This document shows, one piece after another, positions 39,801 through 50,262 of a stretch of 64,000 nt of DNA (its first letter is position 1; each line of letters starts with the position of its first letter). Position numbers and translations under genes: made by a program. The stretch is from Puccinia triticina (lineage: Eukaryota): positions 6,324,001 to 6,388,000 of the forward strand of contig CP110439.1 of NCBI GenBank assembly GCA_026914245.1. Reading direction: 5' to 3'. A model generated the notes under the pieces. It ran no database searches. It was not told where the DNA came from and saw only the letters and a program-made list of their open reading frames with translations.

Positions 39801-42800
39801 CTTCTCAGTTGCGGAGGGTAAGGTTTCTGGACTGTCAATTCCAGTTTCATGTCATGACCTTTAATATTACCAATAGGTTCTTCTGTAGTGCAGAAGGCTT
39901 CTTTGTGCTTGAAACAAGCCTTCAACACGTCAAACTGTTGGCTCTCAGTTAATATATCACTGATTGCTGCTTGGGACAGGTATTCAGATTTAAAGGAGTC
40001 AAGATCATTCTGGTATTCCACATTATTAGTGGTAAGTACATCAGGGAGCTTGATATTGATGTTGCAGATTTGGAATTTCCTTTTCCAATCACCTCCAATA
40101 GTATAGAACCTGTCTTTGCTTTGGAATATGTCTATTCCATACATGCAAAAGGTATCATTACCTAAGATTAAGTAATTACATACAGCGTCTTGTAGTACTA
40201 CGAATTCAACAGTTAGCCTCAGAGATCCCTTGGAATGCGGGAAAATTAGAGGCATGACCACTACTCCTACAGGCTTCATGGAGGAATTGCAGCTGCTGAA
40301 TTTAGCTCTGGGCATGGGCAATAAGTGCTCTCCCCAATCTGGGTAGCACTCATCCAGAAAGTTCTTGCTGACACAAGAACAGAAGGCCCCTATGTCCAGC
40401 AAAGCTTTCAGCTCCTGGTCATGAAATAAGACAGCAGTATAGCTTGTTTTTCCCATAGTGTAACTCATTCCTGCCTCAGGTTTGTTGGTAAGTAATTTGG
40501 CGTCAGAGATATGGCCAATTTTCATTGAAGGGTCCCATTTCTGAGGCAAGTTAGATTCCCCATGGATGGAGTTAATTGACATTTCATCACCAATATCAGC
40601 TTGAATTACGTGGATCATGGGATCTTCAACCTCTGCAGCATTAGTGGTTACTATGTTAAACTCAGAAGAGTCTTCATCCTCACTATCTGATACTTCTTCT
40701 ACTTCTATATTGTTGACCTTTCTGCGTGGATTAGGGCATTCAGGTCTCTTATGGCCCTTCTCACCACAATTGTAACACTCAGGTACTGCTGCCTTCCTTA
40801 CAGGAGTTTCAGCTGCAGGATTATTGGGTGTTTCAGGCTTGGGAGCATCTCTTTTTTCAGGAGCAGAGTTTCTGACGTATTTTTTATTGAGACCATTTAA
40901 AATAACAACTTCATGAAGTATACCTATAAATTTAGCCAGGTCTACATTCATGTCACTGAGTCTGCACCTCATCAAGCTCTCAATTTGTCCTTTACATTGG
41001 TTGAGGAGTCTGTCATTAATTTCCTCTTTGGAGGGGTTGTTATACATACAATCAATCCTCTTCTTCTGGCGTAAACACCATTCTGTAGCTGGCTCTTTAG
41101 TTGGATCAAAGTAGTCAGCTTCAAAAGCTTGGCGCTTTTCTGTCCTCCAAACTCTTGTTCCAAATTCCTCCTTAATATATTCTTTCCATTTTCCCCAGGA
41201 TTGCTCACCAACTTCTTCAGTTTTAGTGATAAACCAGTCTGCGGCAACACCTTCAAAAAGCCTAGGTAATCTGGAAATAATAGCCTCCTCATCCGCACGG
41301 TATGATCTGAGCATATGATCAATAGTTCTAATAAAATTCATGTGATCATATTCTCCTTTGCCATCGAACCTGGGCCAATCTTTCAAAGGAGGCATTATTT
41401 TATTAATTGCTGTCATATCCAAAGTCCTGTAGGGGGTGGATTGTCGTGAATTATTCACTTCTGGTACAGGAGGAAAATGCATAAAAGGATTGTTATGCAT
41501 AGGCTGAGTTGATGGGTGCGTTTCACCAGGATATTCATTCTTTGGTTGCGGCGCAGGAGTGGGGGAGGTACTTTGGTAGACTCCTTTGCGTTGATGATGC
41601 ACATCTCTCATGCCAAAGGGACTGTCTGTAGGGATCTGAAGATGTGGAGGCTCATCCTTAGAGGTGCAAGGAGGAATTTTTTCAGCATGTCCTCTCATTT
41701 CAGGTGCTCTATTAGTAGGGACCTCTTTTTTGTTGTCTATTCTTTTACCCAAACCATGTACCTCCATATTGAGGAGATTAATTCTGTCGGATAAGCCTCC
41801 AAATTTCTTATCCATGCTGTTATGTAGCTGCTCTAGTTTTTCATTCATACTTGCATTCAATTGTAAGATCAATTCAGTTATATCTGAATTATCTTTACCA
41901 TTTTTAGGTAGGATATCTTTTTCCAAGCTATGTAGAATGTGGTCAGCGGTTGAGTTGAGAACGGCTGCTGAGTTTCTGGAGTACTGTAAAATCTCAGATA
42001 CCTCATACTTAGTGTCATGTACTATCTCCTTAATGAGTTCGCACTCTTTGCTCGTCCCAATGATGTGCTCACAGTGTCTCGCAGGTAGCTCAAGGGGAGC
42101 TGGTTTGTCTAAACGGTTAAGCACAGATAATATGGTTGAATTCACTGTTTCTTTTATCGCTACTAGACTATTATCAATTTTATTTACAATAGTCTTGAGG
42201 TTTGCTTCGTTATTATTATCGAGAGCAGAAAGGTTAGAATGGACAGCATCGAGAGAGTCAAAGAGAGACATTATGATAGAAGGGCTTAATCGATGTTCTG
42301 GTACAGATTCTTCGCAATCTGAAGAAGATCGGCGGCTCGTTTCCATTTCCCTGGATCGTTGAAGTTGGTCGAGGTGGAGCTTCGATTCTTGCCCGTACCG
42401 TTCTTTTTGAATTTCATTACGATCTTCTTCGGCGGGGCGGGGAAGTATAACTTCTTTTCTTCCCAAGGGTTCCAGCCTTTCACGTACCCTTCTATCTCGT
42501 TGTTGGGAATGAGCTTCTGAAGAGACTTCTGACTTTCTTGCGCCGAAGTCAGCAAAGCTCGCAGCTCGGGAGTTGCACCGTCCTTCACGATTGCTTGGTA
42601 TTGCGTCCAGGTAGCGACGTGCTTTTTCACCAGGAGTCGGATTTGTTCCGACTTCGAAAGCTCCTTGATATCTGGGTGCGTAAGGGGTTTCTGGGTAGGC
42701 TCCGATGAGTTGAGGATGATTTCGTCGATTTCGTCGATATCCATCGCTGTGTCGTTCTCCGAACTCGGAGGTGGGGCGTTTTTGGGTGGACCATTGGTTT

Positions 42801-42973
42801 CGGGAGGCGCTGGGGTAGCCTCGGGGGTCGCTGGCGTCAAGTCCTTGCGTTGGATCGCGGAGACTTGGAGGTTCTTGACCCTGTTGTGCAGTTCCTTTGC
42901 GGCCGCGAGGTCTTGTTGGAGGCGGGAGGGGGCCTCGTAATTCGGGACGGTTCGCTCTGGTATTATTAGTCAT
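36896..42973 (-). CDS. Gag-Pol polyprotein: gag, zinc knuckle, protease, RT, RNase H, integrase, chromodomain
   Basis: [63 protein letters not shown], and the C-terminal KILKDK..LYLVRYK..DEWLP chromodomain. Confidence 0.97.
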   Translation of the reverse strand: MTNNTRANRPELRGPLPPPTRPRGRKGTAQQGQEPPSLRDPTQGLDASDPRGYPSASRNQWSTQKRPTSEFGERHSDGYRRNRRNHPQLIGAYPETPYAPRYQGAFEVGTNPTPGEKARRYLDAIPSNREGRCNSRAASFADFGARKSEVSSEAHSQQRDRRVRERLEPLGRKEVILPRPAEEDRNEIQKERYGQESKLHLDQLQRSREMETSRRSSSDCEESVPEHRLSPSIIMSLFDSLDAVHSNLSALDNNNEANLKTIVNKIDNSLVAIKETVNSTILSVLNRLDKPAPLELPARHCEHIIGTSKECELIKEIVHDTKYEVSEILQYSRNSAAVLNSTADHILHSLEKDILPKNGKDNSDITELILQLNASMNEKLEQLHNSMDKKFGGLSDRINLLNMEVHGLGKRIDNKKEVPTNRAPEMRGHAEKIPPCTSKDEPPHLQIPTDSPFGMRDVHHQRKGVYQSTSPTPAPQPKNEYPGETHPSTQPMHNNPFMHFPPVPEVNNSRQSTPYRTLDMTAINKIMPPLKDWPRFDGKGEYDHMNFIRTIDHMLRSYRADEEAIISRLPRLFEGVAADWFITKTEEVGEQSWGKWKEYIKEEFGTRVWRTEKRQAFEADYFDPTKEPATEWCLRQKKRIDCMYNNPSKEEINDRLLNQCKGQIESLMRCRLSDMNVDLAKFIGILHEVVILNGLNKKYVRNSAPEKRDAPKPETPNNPAAETPVRKAAVPECYNCGEKGHKRPECPNPRRKVNNIEVEEVSDSEDEDSSEFNIVTTNAAEVEDPMIHVIQADIGDEMSINSIHGESNLPQKWDPSMKIGHISDAKLLTNKPEAGMSYTMGKTSYTAVLFHDQELKALLDIGAFCSCVSKNFLDECYPDWGEHLLPMPRAKFSSCNSSMKPVGVVVMPLIFPHSKGSLRLTVEFVVLQDAVCNYLILGNDTFCMYGIDIFQSKDRFYTIGGDWKRKFQICNINIKLPDVLTTNNVEYQNDLDSFKSEYLSQAAISDILTESQQFDVLKACFKHKEAFCTTEEPIGNIKGHDMKLELTVQKPYPPQLRRPPYPSSPKSREALETHIKELQELGVLRKVGHNEQVEVTTPVIIAWHNEKSRMVGDFRALNNYTRPDYYPIPRIDHSLHNLSKAKYITTMDVLKGFHQIPIDPESRQFLRIICHLGIFEYLRMPFGIKNAPSHFQRMMDSIFGSFIRQNWMMVYIDDIIIYSDDWDTHLEKINLVLSTAIKSGLKMSIKKCNFGYGELIALGRVVSGLTLATDQNKVAAVMCKSMPQNKTELMSFLGFCSYYRQHVPQFAHVSKSLYAICGNDAIFEMTYERVQDYEELKRLLTSAPVLAQPDYTKPFILYIDACLDGLGAALHQEFIIEDKPVEKPILFISRQIKSTERRYGASQMECLALVWALEKLHYYLEGSNFVVVSDCTAVRTLMNMKTPNRHMLRWQIAIQLYRGHMTIVHKAGAKHKNADGLSRWALPNTPENPAYDPEDEDIFPILGIHVCDLDEAFYEMVQRSYDENCELLKLVEILGNNSSPPELIASLPDSLAQHYKLGKFTLLDGLLYFRHRHSSVLVLSDKDQIRNILQECHDNVNSGHFSEERTVERIKQTAWWIDWKAQVHDYIQSCDVCQKGNKQTGKRFGLLQKIQEPTEKWEIINMDFVTGLPPGGPYSFNSVLVVVDRFSKRARFIPNHKDDTAMEVALLFWNRIMADVGIPKIIISDRDPKFTSEFWRNLHDMLGTKLAFSTAYHPQTDGLAERMIQTLEDMLRRFCSFGFEFKNHDGYTHDWVSLLPALEIAYNSSKHSSTKEAPYVLERGWIPRMPKDTLNDKLPHLHPTALDFKKMLDSTQKHARKCVDDAVEYNKGRWDKSHKEPEFKVGQKILLSTINFNNLGGSKKLKPPFIGPFTIKQLHGKNAVEVILTEELSRKHPVFPVSLVKPYSARSEKCPGPVAPVPLIETPPSGQLKVQKILKDKKERIQGKDIRLYLVRYKHQSADKDEWLPENNIPDGAIHLRNYRVSKRN

Positions 42974-43644
42974 GTTAGTATATATAACTAGGTAGAATGA
43001 GAACTTGGGTGAATTAACTTACTGGTGGCTGCGGCGGTAGTAGCGGCAGGGACAGCAGAGTTGGCGGTGGCGGCAGCGGTGCTAGTAGCGGCGGCGGCGA
43101 CGGTAGCGGCGGCGGTAGCGGGAGTAGGAGCAGTGGTAGAGGCTGGTCCTTTCGCGGGAGCTGGTGCTTTGGCTGGAGCGGCGGCGGGTGCGGTCGCTGG
43201 ATTAGTAGCTGGGGCAGTAGCTCGGGCTGTAGGTCCTGTTGCGGCGTCGGTAGTGGTCTGTGTGTTTCCGTAAGCAGCCACTACAGGAAAAAACAGGTTT
43301 CTTGTTAGCCGAATTCGGATGAGAATGTCGGAGAGGGGAAGTGTTTTGAGGGATAGAAGTTTTTGCACGAAAACGGACGAGTGGCTTACTTTTAGCTAGG
43401 TATCGTTCGCGGTCGGCTTTCAGTTTTTTCTCTTTTGCTTCCCTGGCGTAGTTCTTGATCTTGATCTCAGTCTCGAGATCCTCTTCGGCGCGGATGTGGA
43501 GGTGGTAAGCGGCAAGGATCAGCTGTTCCTCGTGTGTAAGCAATTCCCACGGGGTAGGTCGGTGGTCGCGGCGTTCGGATTCCTTGCGCAGGCGCAGCAA
43601 CTCCAGATAATACTGGATAAGTTCGGCGTTTTCTTTGAGATTCA
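42286..43644 (-). CDS. Putative spliced accessory protein of the chromovirus (~394 aa). Exons: A from an upstream donor (44322 or 43743), 43644-43390, 43280-43023, 42956-42286
   Basis: Introns 43389-43281 (GTAAGC..GCTAAC..TAG) and 43022-42957 (GTAAGT..TACTAAC..CAG) join three ORF-track frames exactly in phase. Acceptor CTGAC..TTTTCTAG at 43645. Total 1185 nt, which is 395 codons including the stop. Confidence 0.72.
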
Positions 43645-43966
43645 CTAGAAAAGAAAGCAAAAAAAGGTCAGAAATGATAGAATAAATTTGAGATATATTT
43701 TTTGATTGTTTTATCGGGATTTTGAGAGAAGAAATTATGTACTTTTTATTGTTTTTAAGAGTTTTTGATTTTTGGTTGATTGCGCCGTAAAAATAGGGAG
43801 AAAAAAGGTTATTTTTGTCAGATTTTAATTTTTTTAAGAGCGCTCAAAAGTAGAGAATAAAAAGTAGAAATTTTTAGAGATATTTTTAGGTATTTTTAAG
43901 AATTTTTTGACGTGAAAAAATATCAAAATAAACAGGTCCTTTCTTTCAAATAAGTTTGAAGGAAAT

Positions 43967-43984
43967 TTCCCGGCCAGACCCCCA
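43967..43984 (-). promoter_or_regulatory. Primer-binding site, tRNA-Pro-like
   Basis: TGGGGGTCTGGCCGGGAA 2 nt after the 5' LTR. It resembles the tRNA-Pro PBS pattern TGGGGGCTCGTCCGGGAT. Confidence 0.8.
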
Positions 43985-43986
43985 AT

Positions 43987-45433
43987 TGTCAGCCTGCGTG
44001 ATGCCAAGGACAATAATCCTTCTAGCTACACGAGCTGCAAAGTGAAATACTAGAGTTTTAAGGACTCTGGGGATGATATCCAAGGCTTTGGAGAGGTTGT
44101 GTGGCGTAAAAAATAGAGAAATAGTAGTTTAATTATATTAATAAAATTAATATAATTAAAATAAGAGGGGCCTGCAAGCAGGGGTGGTTTAGATCCCTCT
44201 AAGGTATCGTGCAAAAGCAGAAGATTTAGGTACCTGTTAGTACTGGGGCCTGCAAGCAGGGGTGGTTTAGATCCCAGCAAGAATGAAGCGGAGAATCTCA
44301 AGAGAAAGGGGTTAAACTTACTAGAATTAAGCCCTTAAAGTCTTGAGGTTCTTCAGGGGAGAATCTGAGCAGATTCAGACGAAGGAATTGAGCTAAAGTC
44401 AGCAACTAAGGATCTTACCAGGCAGAGAACAGGTGTTGAGCACGTGTTGGAAGCGGGTAATGATCAGAGTAGGTGTAATAGCATGAGGGAGGGTCTTTGG
44501 AGCGCACAGAGGGCCCTTTAAATAGTCATGAAAGCCCTCAGGGAGCGCTCAGGGAGCCATATAGCTGCTGGCCAACTTGTGGGCGTAATTCTGGCTCAAT
44601 TTGGCGGTTGGCCAACTTGTGGGCGTGATTTTAGACCAATTTGGCAACGCTACAGGAGGACTATTCCTTTTTGGGGCGTGCAAATGGCTGCAAAAGTAAT
44701 ATTTGGCCGTATCAGGACTAGTCTAAAACACTTCTAACTAGTAGGGGTTGTTACGTGTGTCCTATCTTCTAGATTGGGCCACTTATGATGCTCCTGTATC
44801 ATAATTAGTCTGAAACACATGGTAATTGTTTCAGGCTAATTTACAGGTTACATAATAGTAATTACTGTTTGGGACATGCAGACTGTCACGTGTGGCCAAT
44901 TGTTCTGCTTTGGTCTACATAATGACATCACATGTACCAATTGGTTGGTACTTCTTATCTTTGTGCGTCAAGAATGTTTTATTTACATCATTACATATGT
45001 AATGGAACATTCTAGGCGCTCATGGGACTCAGAAGGTGTCATATCTTCATAGTATGGCGTGATCACGTCCTTTTTGGGTGTCTGTGGCGCTTACAAGCAT
45101 ATGTACATGAGCATATAAGCATGAGCGCTACCTTATCCGTGGTAACTGGGTATATTTTCATGTGTAATTTACACAGGGAAGGAGTAAGAGTTTAGGGTAC
45201 GTTGCAGTGAGGTACCCTAGTTTATTTTAGGCGTAGATTAGGAATCTGAAGTAATATTCTACAATTTACATATGTAAGAGTGCGTAATAATGTCTCTTTC
45301 ATAGGTAATATTTATACTTTTTATAGTGTTACATATGTAGGAGATTAGTAATAATGTCTCTAACATATGTAACAATTTATTATTTTTCTGTGATATTATG
45401 TCACGGTGGCTCTGACATAGTAGCCAGCTGACA
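43987..45433 (-). repeat. 5' LTR of the chromovirus (TATA-like TATTTAAA at 44524-44517)
   Basis: TG...CA ends; matches 35326-36772. Confidence 0.97.
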
Positions 45434-46058
45434 CTTGCCATCAAGTGACTATTTTTTTTTCCTGGTGAATCAGCTTGAGGGCATGAACCGAGCCACATGA
45501 AGAGCAATCCAAGCTGTTGGAGGACTTGGCAAAGGCCGGGGGACAAAGCCCAGCCCGTTATTGGTTCCTATCAGCAAGAACTGTTGTGGAGGATCGCAAC
45601 GCAGAGAGGCTGTGGGTTTCAAGAGGCGGGTAAGGGGGGCATCCAGGGACTCAGTTTCAGGTTCATGGACGCCAGGGCTGAAGCGGTGGCGTAAGAGGGG
45701 TTTGATCCAGTGCTCTGTAGCTGTCTTGTCAGCTCAAAATGGAAGGAACCAGGTTAGCAACAGTTCAGGGCCTCGATTTTGGGCTAGATTGGTAGGATGC
45801 TGGCGGCATTAGGATTCTGGGCTGAGGTTTTTCAAAACAACTCAACACATGGGTTTCCGCTGAGGTCCACGCTGGGTGGGCTTCTGTTTCCGTTTGGAAG
45901 ATGCCATGTTCAAGTATTGGATTCGGATGCGTCTCTGCCTAAAAGTCGCGGCGCACATACAGTCAAAGTGCAGGGGTCAGAATCTGTTGGAATTGTAGCC
46001 GGGCTACAACAGACGGGGCCTGACAGGTCCCAGACATGTTGCAACATCCAGGAGGATT

Positions 46059-46414
46059 TGTGAGGCATACTTTACAATGGTATGCCTCACGTACTCCTGT
46101 TACGTTACCAGCTACAGCTGGCAGTTTAGTTACGTTACATTTCACATGTCTCTCTTTTAGGCACTCCATAGCGCGTATGTTCTGTCAGATGTCTCAGTCA
46201 AAGAGACATCATTTCTTTTATGTCTTGTTTTCATTTCAGTATTTCATATATTTGTTTAGTCAGGGACCTGTATATAAACAGGTCCCCTCTTGTATGGTTT
46301 CATTCCTCAGTCATCTACAGTCTTAGTTGAAATCATACCATTTCTCCGGCATTATCCATCACACATACCGTGACCCCCAAGCCTCCTTTTGAGTCTGTGT
46401 AGCGCCCCGGCACA
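46059..46414 (+). mobile_element. Possible short solo LTR
   Basis: TGTG...CACA ends and TATATAAA at ~46271. Flanks GGATT/GAATC match only 3 of 5. Confidence 0.4.
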
Positions 46415-46984
46415 GAATCCAGATGAAGGATTTTCATACAAACTTATCACCTCCAAGGGACTTTGTTAAGTTTGATTTCTCCAAACTCAGCCCAAACTCA
46501 CCTCAAACTGGAACCTCACCTAACTGGAACTCAGCTCAACTCGACTCAACCCAGCCAAACATATCCACTCATCATCACAGCAATACTCAAACAACCATAA
46601 AGTCCACATTTTTCTCTTGATCAGAGAAAACACACAGCTGTACTGACACATCTTCACTGCTTCACTTTCCAACTCTTTTTTCAACAGTTTCTATAGCCAC
46701 CACCTACACATCATTTACCCATTGCGCACTCATTGTTTATCCATCACATCCTTGTTGTTTATCCATCACGTACCTGTTGTTTATTCATCACGTACTTGTT
46801 GTTTATCCATCAAACACTTGCCGTTTATCCATCAAAAACCCTTTGTTTAGCCACCACGTACCCGTTGTTTAGCCACCACATACCTGTTGTTTATCCATCA
46901 AACACTGCCCTTTATCCATCACAAACCCGTTGTTTAACCACCACATACTTTTTGTTGTTTCAGGAATCTGTTTTACCTCTCAAA

Positions 46985-48139
46985 ATGCAAAGGATATCAT
47001 CTTCTTCCCCAGAAGTGTCTTTGGGCCCATCTCCGTCAACCGTCAAACAAATCATTGCCAAAATCAATGAGCTTGCAAAACTTGTTACTGTACCTTCTGA
47101 CATGTGGAATCACAACTTACCACACATGCACCAGCTAGTCAACTGGATTTAGCACCTGATTTCAACAACCAACACTGAAAACATACTGCTGAATGAATTT
47201 CATACTCTGGAAGCAGAAATAGCTGAGCTTCAAGCATCAATTGACCAACTTCCTCAACCCAACATCAGAGCACATGCAGCAAGAATCCTTCAACACCTTG
47301 CAACCATGAGTGGCCAGTTTGTTGGTCCTGGATGGAATGGTCAAACTCCCTCTATGGATGTGAATTATGAACTCAACCTGTACATTTCAGCGCAAGGTGA
47401 ACAGATCTCACCTCTAGGTGAACATATCTCAGCGCTAGGTGAACAGATCTCAGTGCTAGGTGAACAGATCTTAGCACTAGGTGAACAGATCTCAGCGCTA
47501 GGTGAACAGATCTCAGCGCAAGGTGAACAGATCTCAGCACTAAACCACAAGATTAACTCAATCAAGCAAGAGCTGCAGATTGCCAAGGAAAAAGCAGCAA
47601 AAACCGAGAGCATGAATGCTGTATACCACTTTGTGCACTCTGTTCAACAGATTCTCTGCTGTTGCCTCAACATTGATGAACCCTGGTCTATCACTATCAC
47701 TCAAGCGCTTAAGTTAGGGATGACCAACTGGCCTGCAGTGAAGACTGCCCTCAAGCGTGAAGATGTAAGTGAGGAATGCCTCCTGAAAACAATCAAAAAG
47801 ATTAAGAATGAATGACTTGAGTATGGCCATGCTTCAAAGTCCACAGCTACGGGCCTGGTTCTCTCAAACAGCCTGATTCCAATGGCTTCCAATAACTTTT
47901 CACTCAGACCTAGCAAGATTGAGATGCTTCAACAACTCTTGGCCTGGATTTTTCCAGACCTCCCAGACTCAGCAACACTGGATGATCTCAAGAAAGAAGC
48001 TCAAAAACCCTCCTCTTTGTACATGTCCTCTGTTGGACCATGCACCTCCAGTCAGGACTCTATCAGTAGATCTCATCTTTCTCTCCTTGTAGCTCTTGTC
48101 CTCTTGTTCCTTGTCCAATACAAACACTTTCCCACTTAA
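46985..48139 (+). pseudogene. Intronless coiled-coil protein ORF with 2 in-frame stops and a 21-bp heptad repeat
   Basis: ORFs 46733, 47306 and 47882 share one frame. Stops are TAG 47150-47152 and TGA 47813-47815. About 7.5 copies of ISALGEQ at 47384-47541. Confidence 0.6.
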
Positions 48140-48464
48140 ATCTTCATCACCAATTGCTATAGACCTTGAAACTAACTGGAATACATGTATCTCAAAGAAT
48201 TTAGACTGCAAGACCCACCAGAGTGGGGTTTGGTTTAAAGCTGGTGGCCACCACAAACCTGTGCAAGAATACTAATCCCAGCTTTGCAAATCCACACCTC
48301 TAGAGATGGCAAAAAGGTACCTGAGCGGTGGTACCCAGCACCCACCGGCGGGTACTCATCAGGGTGGCAGGTACCGCTGCCAGGGGTGCCAAGTACAGGT
48401 ACGGGTGTCTGTTTTTGTGCAATTTTTAGGCGGGTACCACCACTTGATACCCGCCAATACTGTA

Positions 48465-48961
48465 CAGTCAAACCCTTGAAACAGCATACCCCTCCGTGGA
48501 ATGGATTTGGTATGCGGTACAAAAGGTTTTCTATATAACCACATAAGTATGTGGTTAGAAATACCTCCAGAACCACATAACTAATATGTGGTTTCAGGGG
48601 TATTTCCTAATAAACATTTTTGATGAAAACCTACAAAACACATGTATATCATTGGGTTCAGGGATACTTCCTTGGCAGACCCATATGTTTACTCTGGATT
48701 TGTCTCCAAAATCATAATTGTGTTTTGAGAGGTGCAGATTGGCATCAAAGAGGAAAACCTTGCTGATTTTGGGGGAAAAGTATGTGGTTATAGCAAAATT
48801 GTTCCTTGTTTTTGCGCCAATAGAGGTATGTGGTATGCCGTTATGTGGTATGGCCCAAAAAAGCCCAAATTTGGCCCGCACCAACTATGGTGGAATGAAA
48901 GCCCTATGTGGTATGGGAGGTTATGTGGTTTCACAAATATGCCATTTCATGGGTTTGACTG
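48465..48961. mobile_element. Tc1/mariner-type MITE
   Basis: TIR CAGTCAAACCC(T/A)TGAAA with TA on both sides. Confidence 0.85.
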
Positions 48962-50262
48962 TACCTTCTTTCCGCTGTGTATGTCCCCACCCTCCTTCTG
49001 GACTTGTCTCCTACAAGTCCTGTGTGATATCCCCGGCTGTGGCTCCACCAGCTGGCCATGAGAGATTCCTCTCAGAGAGCTGGTGTATGTACACATACCA
49101 GCTAGAGATGGCCCTGCCACACCCAGGTACCCACGGCTTTTTTTGGCCAAGTAGGACAACTGCACCCGCAGAGTGGGTCAGAGCGGGTACCTGCCCCTCA
49201 AAATTTACTGGAAGGATTCCTTTCAGTCAAAGGTGTTACAGCTCTTTGACTGGAAGGAATCCTTCTGGTCAAAGAGTTTCTGTAACCCCTTTGACTGGCA
49301 GGAATACTTCCAGTTGAGAGGTTCTGCAACCCCTTCAACTGGAAGGGATTCCTTCTGGTCAAAGAGGTTCTGTAGCTTCTTTGAATGGAAGGAATCCCTT
49401 CAATTCAAAGGGGCTACAGAACCTCTCGACTAGAAGGAATCCTTGCAGTTGAAGAGGTTCTGTAACCCCTTTGACTGGACGGAATCCTTCCAGTCAAGAG
49501 GTTCTGTTGTAAGAATACGGGCCAAGGGGAACCAACCCCCTCACCAAAGGCGAGGAGGATACCGCAAACCACAAAAGTGTTAAGATTTTAGCTCTACAAG
49601 TGGAGGCGACGAAAAGGGGGGGGGGGGGCTATCTTGAGGGGAACAGATAGGACCAAGGAGCAGGGTTGAGGTTCTTGAGGCTCAGACTTGATTATTTTCA
49701 TTTCATGTCCGAGGAGCAGACTTTAAACAAACAACTAGAGAGCCCCCCAGCAAGATCCAAAGGGGGGCCTAACAACAATAACAGGGGACAGGACAGGTGA
49801 CATGAACTGGTGACAGGGAACAGGAGACAAGTCATGGCCACTTGGCCATACAAATCAGGACAGGTGACAGGAACAGGAGGATCACTCGGTCAAACAGGAC
49901 AAGACAGGATTTGACAACTTGGTTGGATAGGAAACAGGGGCCCCTTGGCCAGACAGATAATGTGAGCGGGAGATGAAGTCAGAATTCTGACAAAAAGCTG
50001 CGGAAGATGGTAAGCAAAGAAAACCTCTATCCGCAGCCCAAGCTGCTTGCAGGGCTGGGAAAACTGAGCGCATCTCTTTGATGAATGCAGGTACTGAACA
50101 TAAAAGCAGCAAGATTGACAAAACAAGTAAACCTTGCAAATCATCATCACTGGAAAGGATCTGGACTACCACCACTCGTGAGTAATAGAGTTTTCTGACC
50201 AGCTAATTGACAAGGAAGTAGCTAATAACTCTTCCCCTAACAAGCAGGCACAAAGCCCAAAG

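Larger units (their letters stand above)
35326..45433 (-). mobile_element. Full-length Ty3/Gypsy chromovirus LTR retrotransposon (10,108 bp), apparently intact
   Basis: Two 1447-bp TG...CA LTRs, 5-bp TSD CTTGC (35321-35325 and 45434-45438), PBS, PPT and an uninterrupted 2025-aa gag-pol. Confidence 0.98.
34171..45467. mobile_element. CACTA/CMC-like non-autonomous element (~1.2 kb) split by the chromovirus
   Basis: TIR CACCAGGAAAAAAAAATAGTCACTTGATG. 3-bp TSD AAT at 34168-34170 and 45468-45470. Internal ~32-bp GCTCAGC tandem repeats at 34360-35170. Confidence 0.88.
26101..45715. mobile_element. AcademH-like DNA transposon (helicase plus convergent transposase), with a nested CACTA-like element and chromovirus; ends tentative
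   Basis: RecQ-like helicase (+) and Academ/DUF6589-like transposase (-) lie tail-to-tail. Candidate short inverted ends CTGGATCAA at ~26106 and TTGATCCAG at 45702. No TSD found. Confidence 0.6.

Noticed and set aside
41664..43273. Plus-strand ORFs antisense to gag (232 aa at 41664, Ala-rich 82 aa at 43025)
   Set aside because: They have non-ATG starts, and their composition is explained by the sense-strand coding.
42286..43644. env-like gene
   Set aside because: It lies 5' of gag and has no evident signal peptide or transmembrane segment.
43967..43984. tRNA gene
   Set aside because: Only the 18-nt 3'-end complement (PBS) is present, with no cloverleaf.
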